A DNA stretch of 64,000 bases from an uncultured bacterium (GCA_938074205.1 CALJES010000005.1:10136-74135), one strand, 5' to 3'; shown: positions 41,406 to 51,644, numbered from the stretch's first letter. Numbers and translations are program-made. Notes: generated by a model not told the origin, from the letters alone.

Positions 41406-42320
41406 TTACAATGGCTCAATGAAGTCTGCCGTCATCGGTTTGCCTACACCAGTGTTGAAGCCTATAACTCGCACCTGGGCATCGGCATTTATTGTCTGCG
41501 GCAGAGGAGACTTTAGGTATATTGTCTTGCGACGAGGCGGATCTAACGCGATGTAGCCCGTATTCGGCATTCTGATACGATCAACAAAAACGGTCAAGGT
41601 TTTGCCCGAGGCATCAATTTGCTCAACACGGCCTATAAGCTCTATATCGCCCTTCTTGAGCGTTCGCCTGGCCTCGCCGGATACTACCTGAGGTGCTTTG
41701 CTCGTGGGGGCAGCAGCCGCGGTTGAAAGCGGCTTTGGCGCGGCCCTTGAAAACTTGTATACAAAGAACCGCGCGAGGTCGTCGATTTCCTGCGCTCGGC
41801 TTGCAGGTCCTACCACAGAGAGCTCTACTACAGGTGCGAATCTATCTCCCAACGGAGCCATAGCCATACAGCAGTAAGCTTTTCTTCCTGCCAGGGCTGG
41901 CTTCAATACCTGCGCTACCGGCTGATCTTTGTCCACTGCGTAACTGCCCGCAAGCCCTTTGAAAAGCAGATCGCCGACCTCTATTTCCCAACGCTTGGCT
42001 CCTGCCAGCCATCCATCAGCGGCAGCAAGCGATTGAAGCGCCTTTTCGATTGCGGTGGCAGGGAGCATCTCCTCAGGAACCGCGGTAACCTTCACCAGAT
42101 ACACCAGGTTACCGTATCGGAAGGCCTCACACAGTTTGATCGGCTCCTGGACAGCTATGGCCTGCTTTACAGAAGTTTGGGGCACGTTCACCGCGAAGCC
42201 AAAGACCTCATACCAGACAACCCTGCTCTTCGGCTGCTGCGTTGCCGCACACACAAAGCTTCCCACGGCAAACACCAACAACCCAATGACAATTATCCTT
42301 AGCTCACTGGCGCGGTTCAC
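41406..42320 (-). CDS. Hypothetical secreted protein with C-terminal OB-like domain
   Basis: Signal peptide, Ala/Pro linker, short beta-rich C-terminal domain. Confidence 0.5.
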   Translation of the reverse strand: MNRASELRIIVIGLLVFAVGSFVCAATQQPKSRVVWYEVFGFAVNVPQTSVKQAIAVQEPIKLCEAFRYGNLVYLVKVTAVPEEMLPATAIEKALQSLAAADGWLAGAKRWEIEVGDLLFKGLAGSYAVDKDQPVAQVLKPALAGRKAYCCMAMAPLGDRFAPVVELSVVGPASRAQEIDDLARFFVYKFSRAAPKPLSTAAAAPTSKAPQVVSGEARRTLKKGDIELIGRVEQIDASGKTLTVFVDRIRMPNTGYIALDPPRRKTIYLKSPLPQTINADAQVRVIGFNTGVGKPMTADFIEPL

Positions 42321-42358
42321 GTGGGTGAAACTGGCTCTTGAAGAGTTCTCAGCGATTA

Positions 42359-42985
42359 CTACAGAGCCTCCAGAAAGTTCTGGACCTCGTGAAAGAGATA
42401 GTCGTACGCAGCATCTATGTGCGGCTCAACGCTTGAGATATCTGTGAATGGCGTCGGATGCTGCACGTCGAGCTCTATATAAATCTGAGAAAGGTCACTG
42501 AAAAACGGCTCTATTTTGAGCTCGTGAATCCCGTTCTGGTGCAAAACGAATCTGAGACCTACGCCCTTGCGCCCCGGGCCGAGAATGTCCATCGTATCCC
42601 TTATAGAGCTCAGGGCGCTGTTTTCTATAATCTCAGCCGAGGTCGTACCCTCAACCGGAAGGAACGCAGTTAGCTTGACGCCAAAAGTCAGAAACTGCGG
42701 TATCTGCAACCGCTCCTGTGCAAGCCCAAACAGATCCAATGCCTTTTCCTTGGCCGCTTGGAAGTAGTCGACCGTTTCGTTGACCTGCAAGCGGGTGGTT
42801 TGGATGAAAAAGTCGCCGGTAGGATTCGCCATCCGTGCCCCGTCAGGCAGATGCTGCAGGGTCTGATACGGATAACGCTCGGTGATATCGGCATAGATGC
42901 GGTTAACTTGCTGCTGCTGAAGCTGGTAAGGCGGATATACAACTCCTGCAGTCAGTCTTCGGCACGTGAGAAGCTCAGTTTTCAT
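42359..42985 (-). CDS. Hypothetical protein
   Basis: 208-aa ORF co-oriented downstream of yebC; no family recognised. Confidence 0.6.
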   Translation of the reverse strand: MKTELLTCRRLTAGVVYPPYQLQQQQVNRIYADITERYPYQTLQHLPDGARMANPTGDFFIQTTRLQVNETVDYFQAAKEKALDLFGLAQERLQIPQFLTFGVKLTAFLPVEGTTSAEIIENSALSSIRDTMDILGPGRKGVGLRFVLHQNGIHELKIEPFFSDLSQIYIELDVQHPTPFTDISSVEPHIDAAYDYLFHEVQNFLEAL

Positions 42986-43038
42986 CTGATTTCAAACCTA
43001 TGGTTGGGTCTGGAGAGTTCGTCTGAGAAAGCTCTCGT

Positions 43039-43794
43039 CTAAACGGCAGCTGATTGCATGACCTCATCAGGGATGTCAAAATTGGAGTATGCCTGCTGCA
43101 CGTCGTCGTTTTCCTCCAACGCATCCATTAATCTGAGGATGCGCGAAGCTTCCTTTGGATCTTCGATCCTCACAGTAGTTTTAGGAAGCATTGTCACTTC
43201 GGCTGACGTATATTCTATGCCTGCCTGAACAATTGCATCCTTGACCTTCTGCAAATCCCCCGGCTGACAGAGGACTTCTATCGTGTCGCCATCAACGCGT
43301 ATGTCTTCGGCGCCGGCGTCCAAGGTCGCCATCATAACGCTTTCCTCGTCAGCCTTGTCTGCCGGAATCTGCACCAGCCCTTTTTGGTCAAACATCCAGG
43401 CCACACAGCCGCTCTCGCCAAGGTTTCCGCCGTTTTTCGAGAATATGTTGCGCAGTTCTGCAACGGTGCGGTTTCTGTTGTCGGTTAGGCAAGAAACCAT
43501 TATTGCCACCCCGCCGGGACCGTAACCTTCATAGGTAATCTCTTCAAAGTCTCGGCTCTCACCAGTCTGACCGGTGCCGCGCATAATAGCGCGCTTGATA
43601 TTCTCCTGGGGCATGCTTGCCTCGCGCGCTTTCTGAATCGCAAGGCGCAGCCGCAAGTTCGTTTCGGGATTGTCCCCGCCCTCTCGCGCAGCCACGATAA
43701 TCTCGCGCGCAATCTTCGTGAAAAGCTTACCTCTGACGGCGTCTTGTCTCTCTTTCCGAAGCCTGATGTTATGCCATTTTGAATGTCCAGCCAT
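43039..43794 (-). CDS. yebC: YebC/PmpR family protein
   Basis: MAGHSKWHNI, YEGYGPGG, TDNRNRT, LEENDDVQ. Confidence 0.93.
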   Translation of the reverse strand: MAGHSKWHNIRLRKERQDAVRGKLFTKIAREIIVAAREGGDNPETNLRLRLAIQKAREASMPQENIKRAIMRGTGQTGESRDFEEITYEGYGPGGVAIMVSCLTDNRNRTVAELRNIFSKNGGNLGESGCVAWMFDQKGLVQIPADKADEESVMMATLDAGAEDIRVDGDTIEVLCQPGDLQKVKDAIVQAGIEYTSAEVTMLPKTTVRIEDPKEASRILRLMDALEENDDVQQAYSNFDIPDEVMQSAAV

Positions 43795-43951
43795 TCTACG
43801 TCAGTACCTCGCGGTATCAGAGAAGATGCCTGCAGGGACGCTGGGCAACAGCATGCGCAAGCCTTCCGTTTGAGACCGATACCGCAGCCCAACCCGGCCG
43901 CGACTGCCACCAATGCGCACGCCACAGCGCCCAGCCAAATCCGACAGCGGC

Positions 43952-43980
43952 AGTATATCACGCATACAATTATCGGTCAA
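43952..43980 (-). promoter_or_regulatory. sigma70 promoter of yebC (about 150-nt leader)
   Basis: TTGACC-17nt-TATACT. Confidence 0.6.
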
Positions 43981-44132
43981 GCTAACCGGATAGCCTCAGG
44001 GTTACGCGCTGAGCAGGTGAAGCGGTGCCCTCATCTGTTGACCGTTATGTTTGGCAAGATTGGCTCCCCGCCGAAGGAAATGCACTGCCGGCGGATTAAG
44101 TAGAATAATACTACAATTGCGGAGGTTGATCT

Positions 44133-46979
44133 ATGCGACGGTGCATTTCGGTAGTTGTGCTTACATTAACCGGCATGCTCATAGGTGCCAGTTGGGCTGC
44201 AAAGGCTCCCCAGGGGTACCTGGCGCCTGTGGTGACGGCAAGATACATCGACACTTCGAATACGCAAGCAGCCTGCGAAAAGATCTGGAAGCTTCCCGTC
44301 GCAATCCCCCGATTCGAACATTTCCTCTTCGGCTACCTGCCTGAACAGCAGACCGAGGTGCGATTAGCCTACGATAGCTCCAACCTTTACGTTGCATTCC
44401 GGTGTTTTCAGGATGACACAAACAAGATCATAACCGAACGCACACAGCGCGACTCCAACGTCTGGAAAGACGACTCAGTTGCGCTCATGCTCGATACAGA
44501 CGACAACCCGAAAACCTACTTTCGGCTGATTGCAAACGCCGCCGGCGTGCAAGCCGACGAGAAGGATGACAGATTCTCGCCTGCAAGCTGGGATGCGCAA
44601 TGGACCACTCAGCCCGGGCGAGAAAACGATGCTTGGACCCTGGTTATGATCGTTCCTTTCAAATCGCTGGGCATGCAAGCGCCCAAACCCGGCACAAGCT
44701 GGGGAGTCAACTTCAGCCGCTACAGCGCCGGTTACAAGGAGCATAGCATCTGGACGCCAGTGAGCGGCGCCACCTATCAGCCTGAGCTCTGGGGCCGGTT
44801 GGTATTCGGCGATGCACAGGCGCCCATTGCCTCCGTTTCGCCTGACGTGCCTGACCGACGAAAGGAATACGCGCCGTGCGGTTACAGGGCTGCCGGAACG
44901 TGCAGCCCGCCGGCAACACCCATCAGCGTGCCCGGACCTCAGCAAGCAGACATCCGAATTTCCAACCCCTCAAAAGAAGATCTGAAATTGATCGCGCAGA
45001 TCATAGTCGACGAGAAAATCATCGCAACGCATAGAACCATAGTACCCCCGGGCGATCACACATGGAAGCTTACGTACATATTCCCTCTTGAGGGAGAGCA
45101 CCAGTTGAAGATCGGCCTGGTCGATCAGCGCACCGGCAAAGCCATCATGCGCACGCCCCAACAGTGGGTCTATATCAAAAAGCATGCCCAGCGCGTTCGG
45201 CAGCTCAGGGAAATGCTCGATGGGTGCAACCCTGCCACGGATGCAGCCTGCAAGCAAGTGGCCGTCGCCAAGCGCAGCGTTGAAGAGTTGGCCCAAAAAG
45301 TGAGAGCCGCTTACGGCAACAAACAGCGGTGGGAAGCGTTGGATGACGCCATCAAAGCCGCCGAAAAGGAAGTCGGATTAGCCAGGTGCTTATCCGCTGA
45401 CAAGAACGGCCTGGGCTACGTGGTAGGCACAGCGGATTCATTAACCAAGGTGTATCGCGATGAAATTTTCGAGGGAAAGTTTGAAACGCCGGTTCGGATT
45501 TCTGCCGCGCGAAAGGAGTTTGAATCCGCTCAGGCCGTAGTGATCGCCTACGATAGGCCTCTTCGCAACGTGAGAGTTTCGGTGAGCCCGCTTGCCGGCC
45601 CCGGCGGGGCGATAATACCAAGTTCGGCCGTTCAACTGGACATGGTAGACTGGGTGAAGACGTATCCACCGCGATACGCCGTCGAGTACATCGGCTGGAC
45701 TCCAGACCCAATAGTCGACCTAGTGCCGTTCAACCTGGAAAAGGGAGCCCTTCGGCCGATATGGATCACCGTGTGTCCTCCCGAAAACGCGCCTGCCGGG
45801 CTATATAAGGGCAAGCTGACCGTCAGACCGCAAGATGCGCCGGCGTGTTCGGTCCCCATCGAAGTTCGTGTTTGGAACTTCACTATGCCCACGCGCAAGG
45901 CTATGAAAACTGCCTTCGCGTTCTTTCCGCACGAGATGACTGCCTGGTATGGCAAATTCACCGACGAGATGAAATGGCAGTGGTACGATTTTCTGCTTAA
46001 GCACAATATCAACCCCACAAACATCTACTCAACCAAAGGCCCAGCCCTTTCTCACGAGGACCTGGAATTCTGCGTTCCACGCGGACTCAACGCTTATACG
46101 CTCATCTGCACCTGGGGTAAAGAGGGCGAGGCGCTTCAGAAGATGCTGGATATGATCGGCGCCGAATGGGAGTATCTCAAATCCCGCGGCTGGACCGACC
46201 TGCCCTACGTATACGGCTTTGACGAGCTCGGCCCAGATAAATACCCCGAACTCCGAGATACCTACGGCGCAATAAAAAAGGCCTTCCCCCAGCTTCCCAC
46301 TATGACCACCGTTCACCCGAACCCCCACTTAAAAGGTTACGTGGACATCTGGGTCCCATTGACGGCAAACTGGGACCTGGAATCGCACATTGAATACACG
46401 AAGGCCGGAGACCAGGTGTGGTGGTATGTCTGTTGCCATCCGTTCCATCCCTGGCCCAACTTCTTCATAGATTACCCGACTATCGACCAGCGCATAATCT
46501 GGTGGATGAACTGGAAATACCAAGTGCCAGGGTTCCTCTACTACGCAATCAACCTCTGGGACGCCAACTACAAAACGGAAGACGTCACCGAACACCCTGA
46601 TCCCGAAGCCCGAAAAGCAATTGCCGAAGGCAAGCGTTGGCCGGAGGTGCCATGGAATCCGTTTAGCTGCGCGACGTTTAGCGGCGACGGGCAGTTGGTC
46701 TACCCCGGTCCAAACGGCAAGCCATACAGCTCTATGCGGTTCGAAGCGATCCGTGACGGAATCGACGATTACGAATACTTCTTCCAGTTGAGCAAGCTGG
46801 TAGAAAAGGCGCAAAAATCAGGCAAGGTGGATCGCGCGCTCATCGCGAAGGCCAAGAAGCTACTGGCGGTGCGCAACGACGTCGTAGCTTCAACAACTCA
46901 ATATACCTTCAACACTGAAAGGCTCTTCGCCGCCAGAGCTGAGGTGGCTGAGATGATCGAGCGGCTCAGCGGAAACTAG
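44133..46979 (+). CDS. Secreted CBM9-like plus GH123-like (DUF4091) protein
   Basis: TEVRLAYD, DDSV, WGVNFSR (CBM9-like); C-terminal VWWYVC, GFLYY, GDGQLVYPG, SMRFEAIRDGIDDYEY. Confidence 0.72.
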   Translation: MRRCISVVVLTLTGMLIGASWAAKAPQGYLAPVVTARYIDTSNTQAACEKIWKLPVAIPRFEHFLFGYLPEQQTEVRLAYDSSNLYVAFRCFQDDTNKIITERTQRDSNVWKDDSVALMLDTDDNPKTYFRLIANAAGVQADEKDDRFSPASWDAQWTTQPGRENDAWTLVMIVPFKSLGMQAPKPGTSWGVNFSRYSAGYKEHSIWTPVSGATYQPELWGRLVFGDAQAPIASVSPDVPDRRKEYAPCGYRAAGTCSPPATPISVPGPQQADIRISNPSKEDLKLIAQIIVDEKIIATHRTIVPPGDHTWKLTYIFPLEGEHQLKIGLVDQRTGKAIMRTPQQWVYIKKHAQRVRQLREMLDGCNPATDAACKQVAVAKRSVEELAQKVRAAYGNKQRWEALDDAIKAAEKEVGLARCLSADKNGLGYVVGTADSLTKVYRDEIFEGKFETPVRISAARKEFESAQAVVIAYDRPLRNVRVSVSPLAGPGGAIIPSSAVQLDMVDWVKTYPPRYAVEYIGWTPDPIVDLVPFNLEKGALRPIWITVCPPENAPAGLYKGKLTVRPQDAPACSVPIEVRVWNFTMPTRKAMKTAFAFFPHEMTAWYGKFTDEMKWQWYDFLLKHNINPTNIYSTKGPALSHEDLEFCVPRGLNAYTLICTWGKEGEALQKMLDMIGAEWEYLKSRGWTDLPYVYGFDELGPDKYPELRDTYGAIKKAFPQLPTMTTVHPNPHLKGYVDIWVPLTANWDLESHIEYTKAGDQVWWYVCCHPFHPWPNFFIDYPTIDQRIIWWMNWKYQVPGFLYYAINLWDANYKTEDVTEHPDPEARKAIAEGKRWPEVPWNPFSCATFSGDGQLVYPGPNGKPYSSMRFEAIRDGIDDYEYFFQLSKLVEKAQKSGKVDRALIAKAKKLLAVRNDVVASTTQYTFNTERLFAARAEVAEMIERLSGN

Positions 46980-48658
46980 GGTATCCCCTCGAGTGCTCCG
47001 ACAGGGTAGCACGAACCGCGGTTGAACTTGCCGCTTGAGGCGTCGGCAAGCTCCGCTTCGAGCGCGTCAACCACATCGTCCCAAGTGCAAATGAGCGCGC
47101 AACGGCCGGTGACTATTCGAAAAGCGCCTCGGTGGGAGCGGTCGACGCTTCTGATGTCCTTGTAAAGTCCGACGGCTCGCATCATGTGCTCCACCGCCTC
47201 TGAATCATTCCCGCGCGCATGCGCCAGTGCCGCCCTAAGGCGCTGAACATAGAACTCGCCAAGCCTGCCCATACAAAATGCGTCCCGTGCGAAGGAAGGC
47301 AGCTCCTTCTCGCCTGAGGCGCTTCGCATCCCCTTTTCGCCCGCCGCCACAGCTTGCTCCGCCAGGTCCGCAAGCTCCTCGATTAGCTCTTCAGGACCGT
47401 ACGCATCAGGCGGCGTTCCCGATCGAACGTGCTCCGCCAAGTGCACCACGCGGTCGCCCGTGACCTCTTGCCACCAGTTTCTGCCCCAAAACACCGGCTG
47501 GTCATCTAGGTGCAGCATATCCTCTATGGAGAAAAGGCGTGGCTTGCCGGTGTCGTAATCGCGAACGCAACACAGCTGCGGATGCCACTGGTTCTGCTTA
47601 TCTGCCCCAAAATAGAGCGCCACAAGCTCAAGAATGCGGGAGCCCGCTTGGAATCCAGGCAGCAGTTTCTTGTTTCTAAGGAGCCATTTTGGCTGTCCGT
47701 CGTTTAAAAGTCGATCGAAGCCAGCTCCACCCCATACGCTATACCACACCAAATCGCGCTGGAACTGGTATTTAAAATAAGTGTCGGACGTGTGGGGCCA
47801 GTGGTAGAGGGCTAGCGGCTGGATCGAGAATCCGGCGCAGCCCAGGTCATCAAGATTGGCAAGTATCCCTTCGGCAGTGTCGTAGCTGAAGCTTGTCCAT
47901 GGCTCGAAATTGGAAATCCAAAACTCAGCCAGCACGTTCTCTGCTCCGGCTGATTCGACCCAGCTCGTAAACATCGGGTCTGGGTTCGGATCGACCAGGT
48001 GTTCGTAAGTGTATTTCACAGAGAACTTTACCGGCCTGCCGCCACGCCGTTTGATGCCATCTATGAGCTCGCTCGGATCGGCACACCATCCGCGCACAAA
48101 CAGCTTCGCATCCGGACGCACCGAATCCAACGCCTCCAAAACAGCCTGCCGGACAAAATCTGCCCTGCGTTCGGAGACGTTCTCGCTTGCATCGACGAAT
48201 ATGCCCACAAGCTCCGGATAGGTCGCCAGCGTCTCCCGCACGCAATAGTTTGTGTATTCGAGGGCAAAATCGGTAACCTTTGACGATTCCCCCGGCGCAA
48301 TCCCCCTCGCCTCTAACATCGGCTTCGGATAATAGATATTGAAAAACAGCAAGTAGGGAGCTATGTCGTATTGAATGGCGGTTTCGAATATCCAGTGGTG
48401 CATTCTCTGGTAATCGCGCAGGCGATCTTCGCTGATCACTCGAGATTCGGGGTAGGCAGGCAGATCTACCATAAACGGAAACGGATGAGTGTTGGCGAGG
48501 ATCATCGCGTCGAACCCACACGAGCTCATCGTGCGAAACATCTTCTGCCAGACGCTCTTATCGAAAAACCAGCGATTGTTTGAGAAGGCATATGGTTCGT
48601 CGAATGCTCGGTAGTCTCCACTTGCAACCGGGTCCCACGTCCAGAACGCCTTCAGCAT
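46976..48658 (-). CDS. Hypothetical protein, possible glycoside-hydrolase-like TIM barrel
   Basis: 560 aa, Trp/Tyr-rich, HPFPFMVDL and YPELVGI segments; ATG after GGAGGAG. Confidence 0.5.
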   Translation of the reverse strand: MLKAFWTWDPVASGDYRAFDEPYAFSNNRWFFDKSVWQKMFRTMSSCGFDAMILANTHPFPFMVDLPAYPESRVISEDRLRDYQRMHHWIFETAIQYDIAPYLLFFNIYYPKPMLEARGIAPGESSKVTDFALEYTNYCVRETLATYPELVGIFVDASENVSERRADFVRQAVLEALDSVRPDAKLFVRGWCADPSELIDGIKRRGGRPVKFSVKYTYEHLVDPNPDPMFTSWVESAGAENVLAEFWISNFEPWTSFSYDTAEGILANLDDLGCAGFSIQPLALYHWPHTSDTYFKYQFQRDLVWYSVWGGAGFDRLLNDGQPKWLLRNKKLLPGFQAGSRILELVALYFGADKQNQWHPQLCCVRDYDTGKPRLFSIEDMLHLDDQPVFWGRNWWQEVTGDRVVHLAEHVRSGTPPDAYGPEELIEELADLAEQAVAAGEKGMRSASGEKELPSFARDAFCMGRLGEFYVQRLRAALAHARGNDSEAVEHMMRAVGLYKDIRSVDRSHRGAFRIVTGRCALICTWDDVVDALEAELADASSGKFNRGSCYPVGALEGIP

Positions 48659-48659
48659 G

Positions 48660-49580
48660 CTATCTCCTCCCCACAATATCGATAACCGCCACTTCCGGTC
48701 GGCACCAGAAGCGCACCCTGGGTGCGGCTCCGCCTTCCATGCCTATTCCTCGGTTGACGTACATCAGCGAACCTTTGTGGGAATACATTCCAGCCTGGTA
48801 TTTGCCGACCAACTCCTGGTCCGGCAGCAGTGCGCCGAACACAGGGATTCTTACTTGCCCGCCGTGGGTATGTCCTGCAAGCATCAGGTCGATGCCGCAC
48901 CTGGCTGCCATCTGAAAATGGTCTGGCTTGTGACAAAGCAACACCTTGTAAGCATTGTGCATAGTCGCCGGCGGGTTCGGCGCGCTCGGCTTATACCAGG
49001 ACATATAACCCAGAGCGATACGCAAACCTCCGGGACCACGGAAACCAGCCCATCCGCAAAGCACCTTTACCCCACAAGCGCTGAGGGCGTGCATATCGTC
49101 ATCGGCGTCCCAGTTGCCCTCGACTGCGTATACAGGAGCTATATCCGAAAGCCTTGCACCTATCCGCGTTAGGCGGCGCAGGACCGAAGGAGATTTATCC
49201 ACCGTGTAGTCGCCGGTAAGAACGATCAGATCAGGCCCTGCGCGGCGCGTCAGCTCTATCATTCGCTCTTCGCGGACACTGCGCTTTTCGAGATGAAAAT
49301 CCGTCAGATGCACTATGCGGATGCGCGCTCCCTTGGGTAGCTTCTTCGTTTCAGCGGAATGGTGCGTCAACTGAACCCAATTAGGTTCAACCTTTGTCGC
49401 ATATATTACGCAGAACGCAAGCACTCCCAAAAAAAGTAGCCAAATTGCCGCCTGTGGTCGGCTCACCTTGCGCCCGATTGCCCAGAACGCCAAAATTCGC
49501 AGATTGCCATATACGATTACCCACGCGCCAGCAAAGAGAATTGCGACTACCACGTGCCGCGCCAAGTTTGAGGTCTGCAC
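48660..49580 (-). CDS. Membrane-anchored metallophosphoesterase (YkuE-like)
   Basis: DFH, GD, GNWD, GHTHGGQ motifs; two N-terminal TMs. Confidence 0.88.
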   Translation of the reverse strand: MQTSNLARHVVVAILFAGAWVIVYGNLRILAFWAIGRKVSRPQAAIWLLFLGVLAFCVIYATKVEPNWVQLTHHSAETKKLPKGARIRIVHLTDFHLEKRSVREERMIELTRRAGPDLIVLTGDYTVDKSPSVLRRLTRIGARLSDIAPVYAVEGNWDADDDMHALSACGVKVLCGWAGFRGPGGLRIALGYMSWYKPSAPNPPATMHNAYKVLLCHKPDHFQMAARCGIDLMLAGHTHGGQVRIPVFGALLPDQELVGKYQAGMYSHKGSLMYVNRGIGMEGGAAPRVRFWCRPEVAVIDIVGRR

Positions 49581-49702
49581 CTATATTATCCTTGGACCTG
49601 CAGGTATTTTTGCCCTCCGCGCACATTTGCCATCCGTATGCGCAGGAATTCTTTCAGGTGAGGCGAATTGCAACATAGATGAGATAATACACGGAGGTCG
49701 AG

Positions 49703-50527
49703 ATGGCTGACAAGTTGAGAATAGGCGTGATGATGTCGCTGGGCAAAGACATCGACGCGGAAATGAAAAAGGTCCGCGACTTCGGCTTGGACAACTGCCA
49801 GCTCGCATGCTGGGATCCGAGCTTGTATACGGATCAGATGCTAGCAGCGGTCAAGAAGGCAGCCGGCGATTACGGGGTAGAGATAACTTCACTGTGGGCA
49901 GGCTACCCGGGCAAAGTGCATTGGAACTTCATCGACGGCCCTGCCACCATAGGCCTTGTCCCGCCGGAAACTCGCGAAATGCGCGTTCGGGCGCTGATAC
50001 AGGGAGTGGAGTTCGCATCGAAGCTGGGGGTTGCGTCGGCCACCACACACGCCGGGTTCATCCCCGAAAACCCCAAGGACCCCCTCTATGCAGGCACGAT
50101 TGACGCGCTCAAACAAGTCGCCGTGCGAGCCAAGGAATTGGGACTTCTATTCTGCTTCGAGACAGGGCAAGAAACCCCCATAACGCTTCTGCGGGCGATG
50201 GTCGATATCGGAACAGACAACCTGGGCGTTAACTTCGACCCGGCAAACCTGCTTATGTATGGCAAGGCAAACCCCGTGGATGCTCTAGATATACTGGGAC
50301 CGTATGTCAGGGGCGTGCACGCAAAGGACGGCGAGTATCCGACTAAGCCGACTCACCTTGGAGTCGAAAAGCCTCTTGGCGAGGGCAGGGTGAACTTCCC
50401 TGAATTCATCGCAAAGCTCAAGTCGTTCGGCTACAGCGGATGCCTCACCATAGAGCGAGAGATCAGCGGTCCGCAGCAGATTGAGGACATAAAGAAGGGC
50501 ATCCAATATCTGCAGCCGCTTTGCTAA
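49703..50527 (+). CDS. Sugar phosphate isomerase/epimerase (xylose isomerase-like TIM barrel)
   Basis: FETGQE, NFDPAN, HAKDG, LTIERE metal ligands. Confidence 0.85.
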   Translation: MADKLRIGVMMSLGKDIDAEMKKVRDFGLDNCQLACWDPSLYTDQMLAAVKKAAGDYGVEITSLWAGYPGKVHWNFIDGPATIGLVPPETREMRVRALIQGVEFASKLGVASATTHAGFIPENPKDPLYAGTIDALKQVAVRAKELGLLFCFETGQETPITLLRAMVDIGTDNLGVNFDPANLLMYGKANPVDALDILGPYVRGVHAKDGEYPTKPTHLGVEKPLGEGRVNFPEFIAKLKSFGYSGCLTIEREISGPQQIEDIKKGIQYLQPLC

Positions 50528-50537
50528 ATGCAAAGCG

Positions 50538-51467
50538 CTACTCGCCAGTTGGCGCGCCAAGCTCAGAAGGTATCCAATTCTCCAACACGCGCTGGGGCGT
50601 CAGCTCCTTAAACTTCAGCACCTTCCGAAGCGCGTCCAGCAGGTGCTCCTCCCTGATGGTTCCTATAAGCTCCGACTCAAGTATCTCGACGCCCCGCTCG
50701 CGCGCCTCTTTTTCGACGAAAGAATATACCTCCCACAGGCCGACCTCCTGCGGGCACGTTATGTTGAAGGAGACCTGCGCGATACCTCGGGATGCCAGGT
50801 AGAGCCCTATCGCCTTGACGCCGTGCATGCCCTTGCCCGATTTGCGAAGGTCGCGTATCTTGGCCGCTATGGAGCGAGCTATTTCGACATCCTTGGAAGC
50901 CAAGTTTATGTTGTAGGCGATCAGGGGTCCGCGAGCACCAACTGCGACGGCACCAGCAGTCGGATGTAAACGCGTAGGCCCCATATCCGGCGCGCGGTCT
51001 CCCACAAGTTCGACATTCCTGAGCGCTTCAAACCCACCTTTGCGAACGTTTTCCAAGCTGCGCCTTTCCGGAACCCTCGCGGATTCCTCGTAAAGGTATA
51101 CAGGCACGTCGAGGTACTCAGCAATGTCGGTGCCGATGGCGAAGGCCAGATTACAAGCGTCCTCCATGCTCGCATCTAACAGAGGCACCACAGGCACCAC
51201 ATCAACCGCTCCGATCCTCGGATGGACTCCCATGTGATGGTTGAGATTGATAAGCTCCACTGCAGCTCGAGCCCCTGCGAAAGCTGAGCGTCTGACGTCC
51301 TCCGCCGAGCCGAGAAATGTTACCACGCAGCGGTTATGGTCTGGATCCGCTGAGTAATCCGCCACAACGACATCGCTTGCCTCGGTGATGCGGCGCACTA
51401 TCTCCTCGACTACGCCTCTACGCCGGCCCTCGCTGAAATTGGGCACGCACTGAAAAAGCTTCGCCAA
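50538..51467 (-). CDS. ftcD: Glutamate formimidoyltransferase
   Basis: CVPNFSEGR, DHNR, HPRIGAVDVVP, QVSFN. Confidence 0.9.
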   Translation of the reverse strand: MAKLFQCVPNFSEGRRRGVVEEIVRRITEASDVVVADYSADPDHNRCVVTFLGSAEDVRRSAFAGARAAVELINLNHHMGVHPRIGAVDVVPVVPLLDASMEDACNLAFAIGTDIAEYLDVPVYLYEESARVPERRSLENVRKGGFEALRNVELVGDRAPDMGPTRLHPTAGAVAVGARGPLIAYNINLASKDVEIARSIAAKIRDLRKSGKGMHGVKAIGLYLASRGIAQVSFNITCPQEVGLWEVYSFVEKEARERGVEILESELIGTIREEHLLDALRKVLKFKELTPQRVLENWIPSELGAPTGE

Positions 51468-51500
51468 CGGAACACCTCCGCGGTATAGGGATGGATTAGG

Positions 51501-51530
51501 AATATACGACTGTTAGTAGTCTAGTGTCAA
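51501..51530 (-). promoter_or_regulatory. sigma70 promoter of ftcD
   Basis: TTGACA-18nt-TATATT. Confidence 0.55.
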
Positions 51531-51549
51531 GTGGCAAACATATCAATTG

Positions 51550-51584
51550 ACGGGGAGGCGCGAAAAATCCAGGCGCCTCCCCGT
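51550..51584 (-). terminator. Hairpin closing the capsid/lysis operon
   Basis: 12-bp stem ACGGGGAGGCGC/GCGCCTCCCCGT, about 60 nt after the endolysin stop. Confidence 0.55.
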
Positions 51585-51644
51585 TTAATCAACCCAGCAT
51601 CAGCGCTCGCCCACGCCTTAAGCCGCAACCAAATGCCATGCCCG

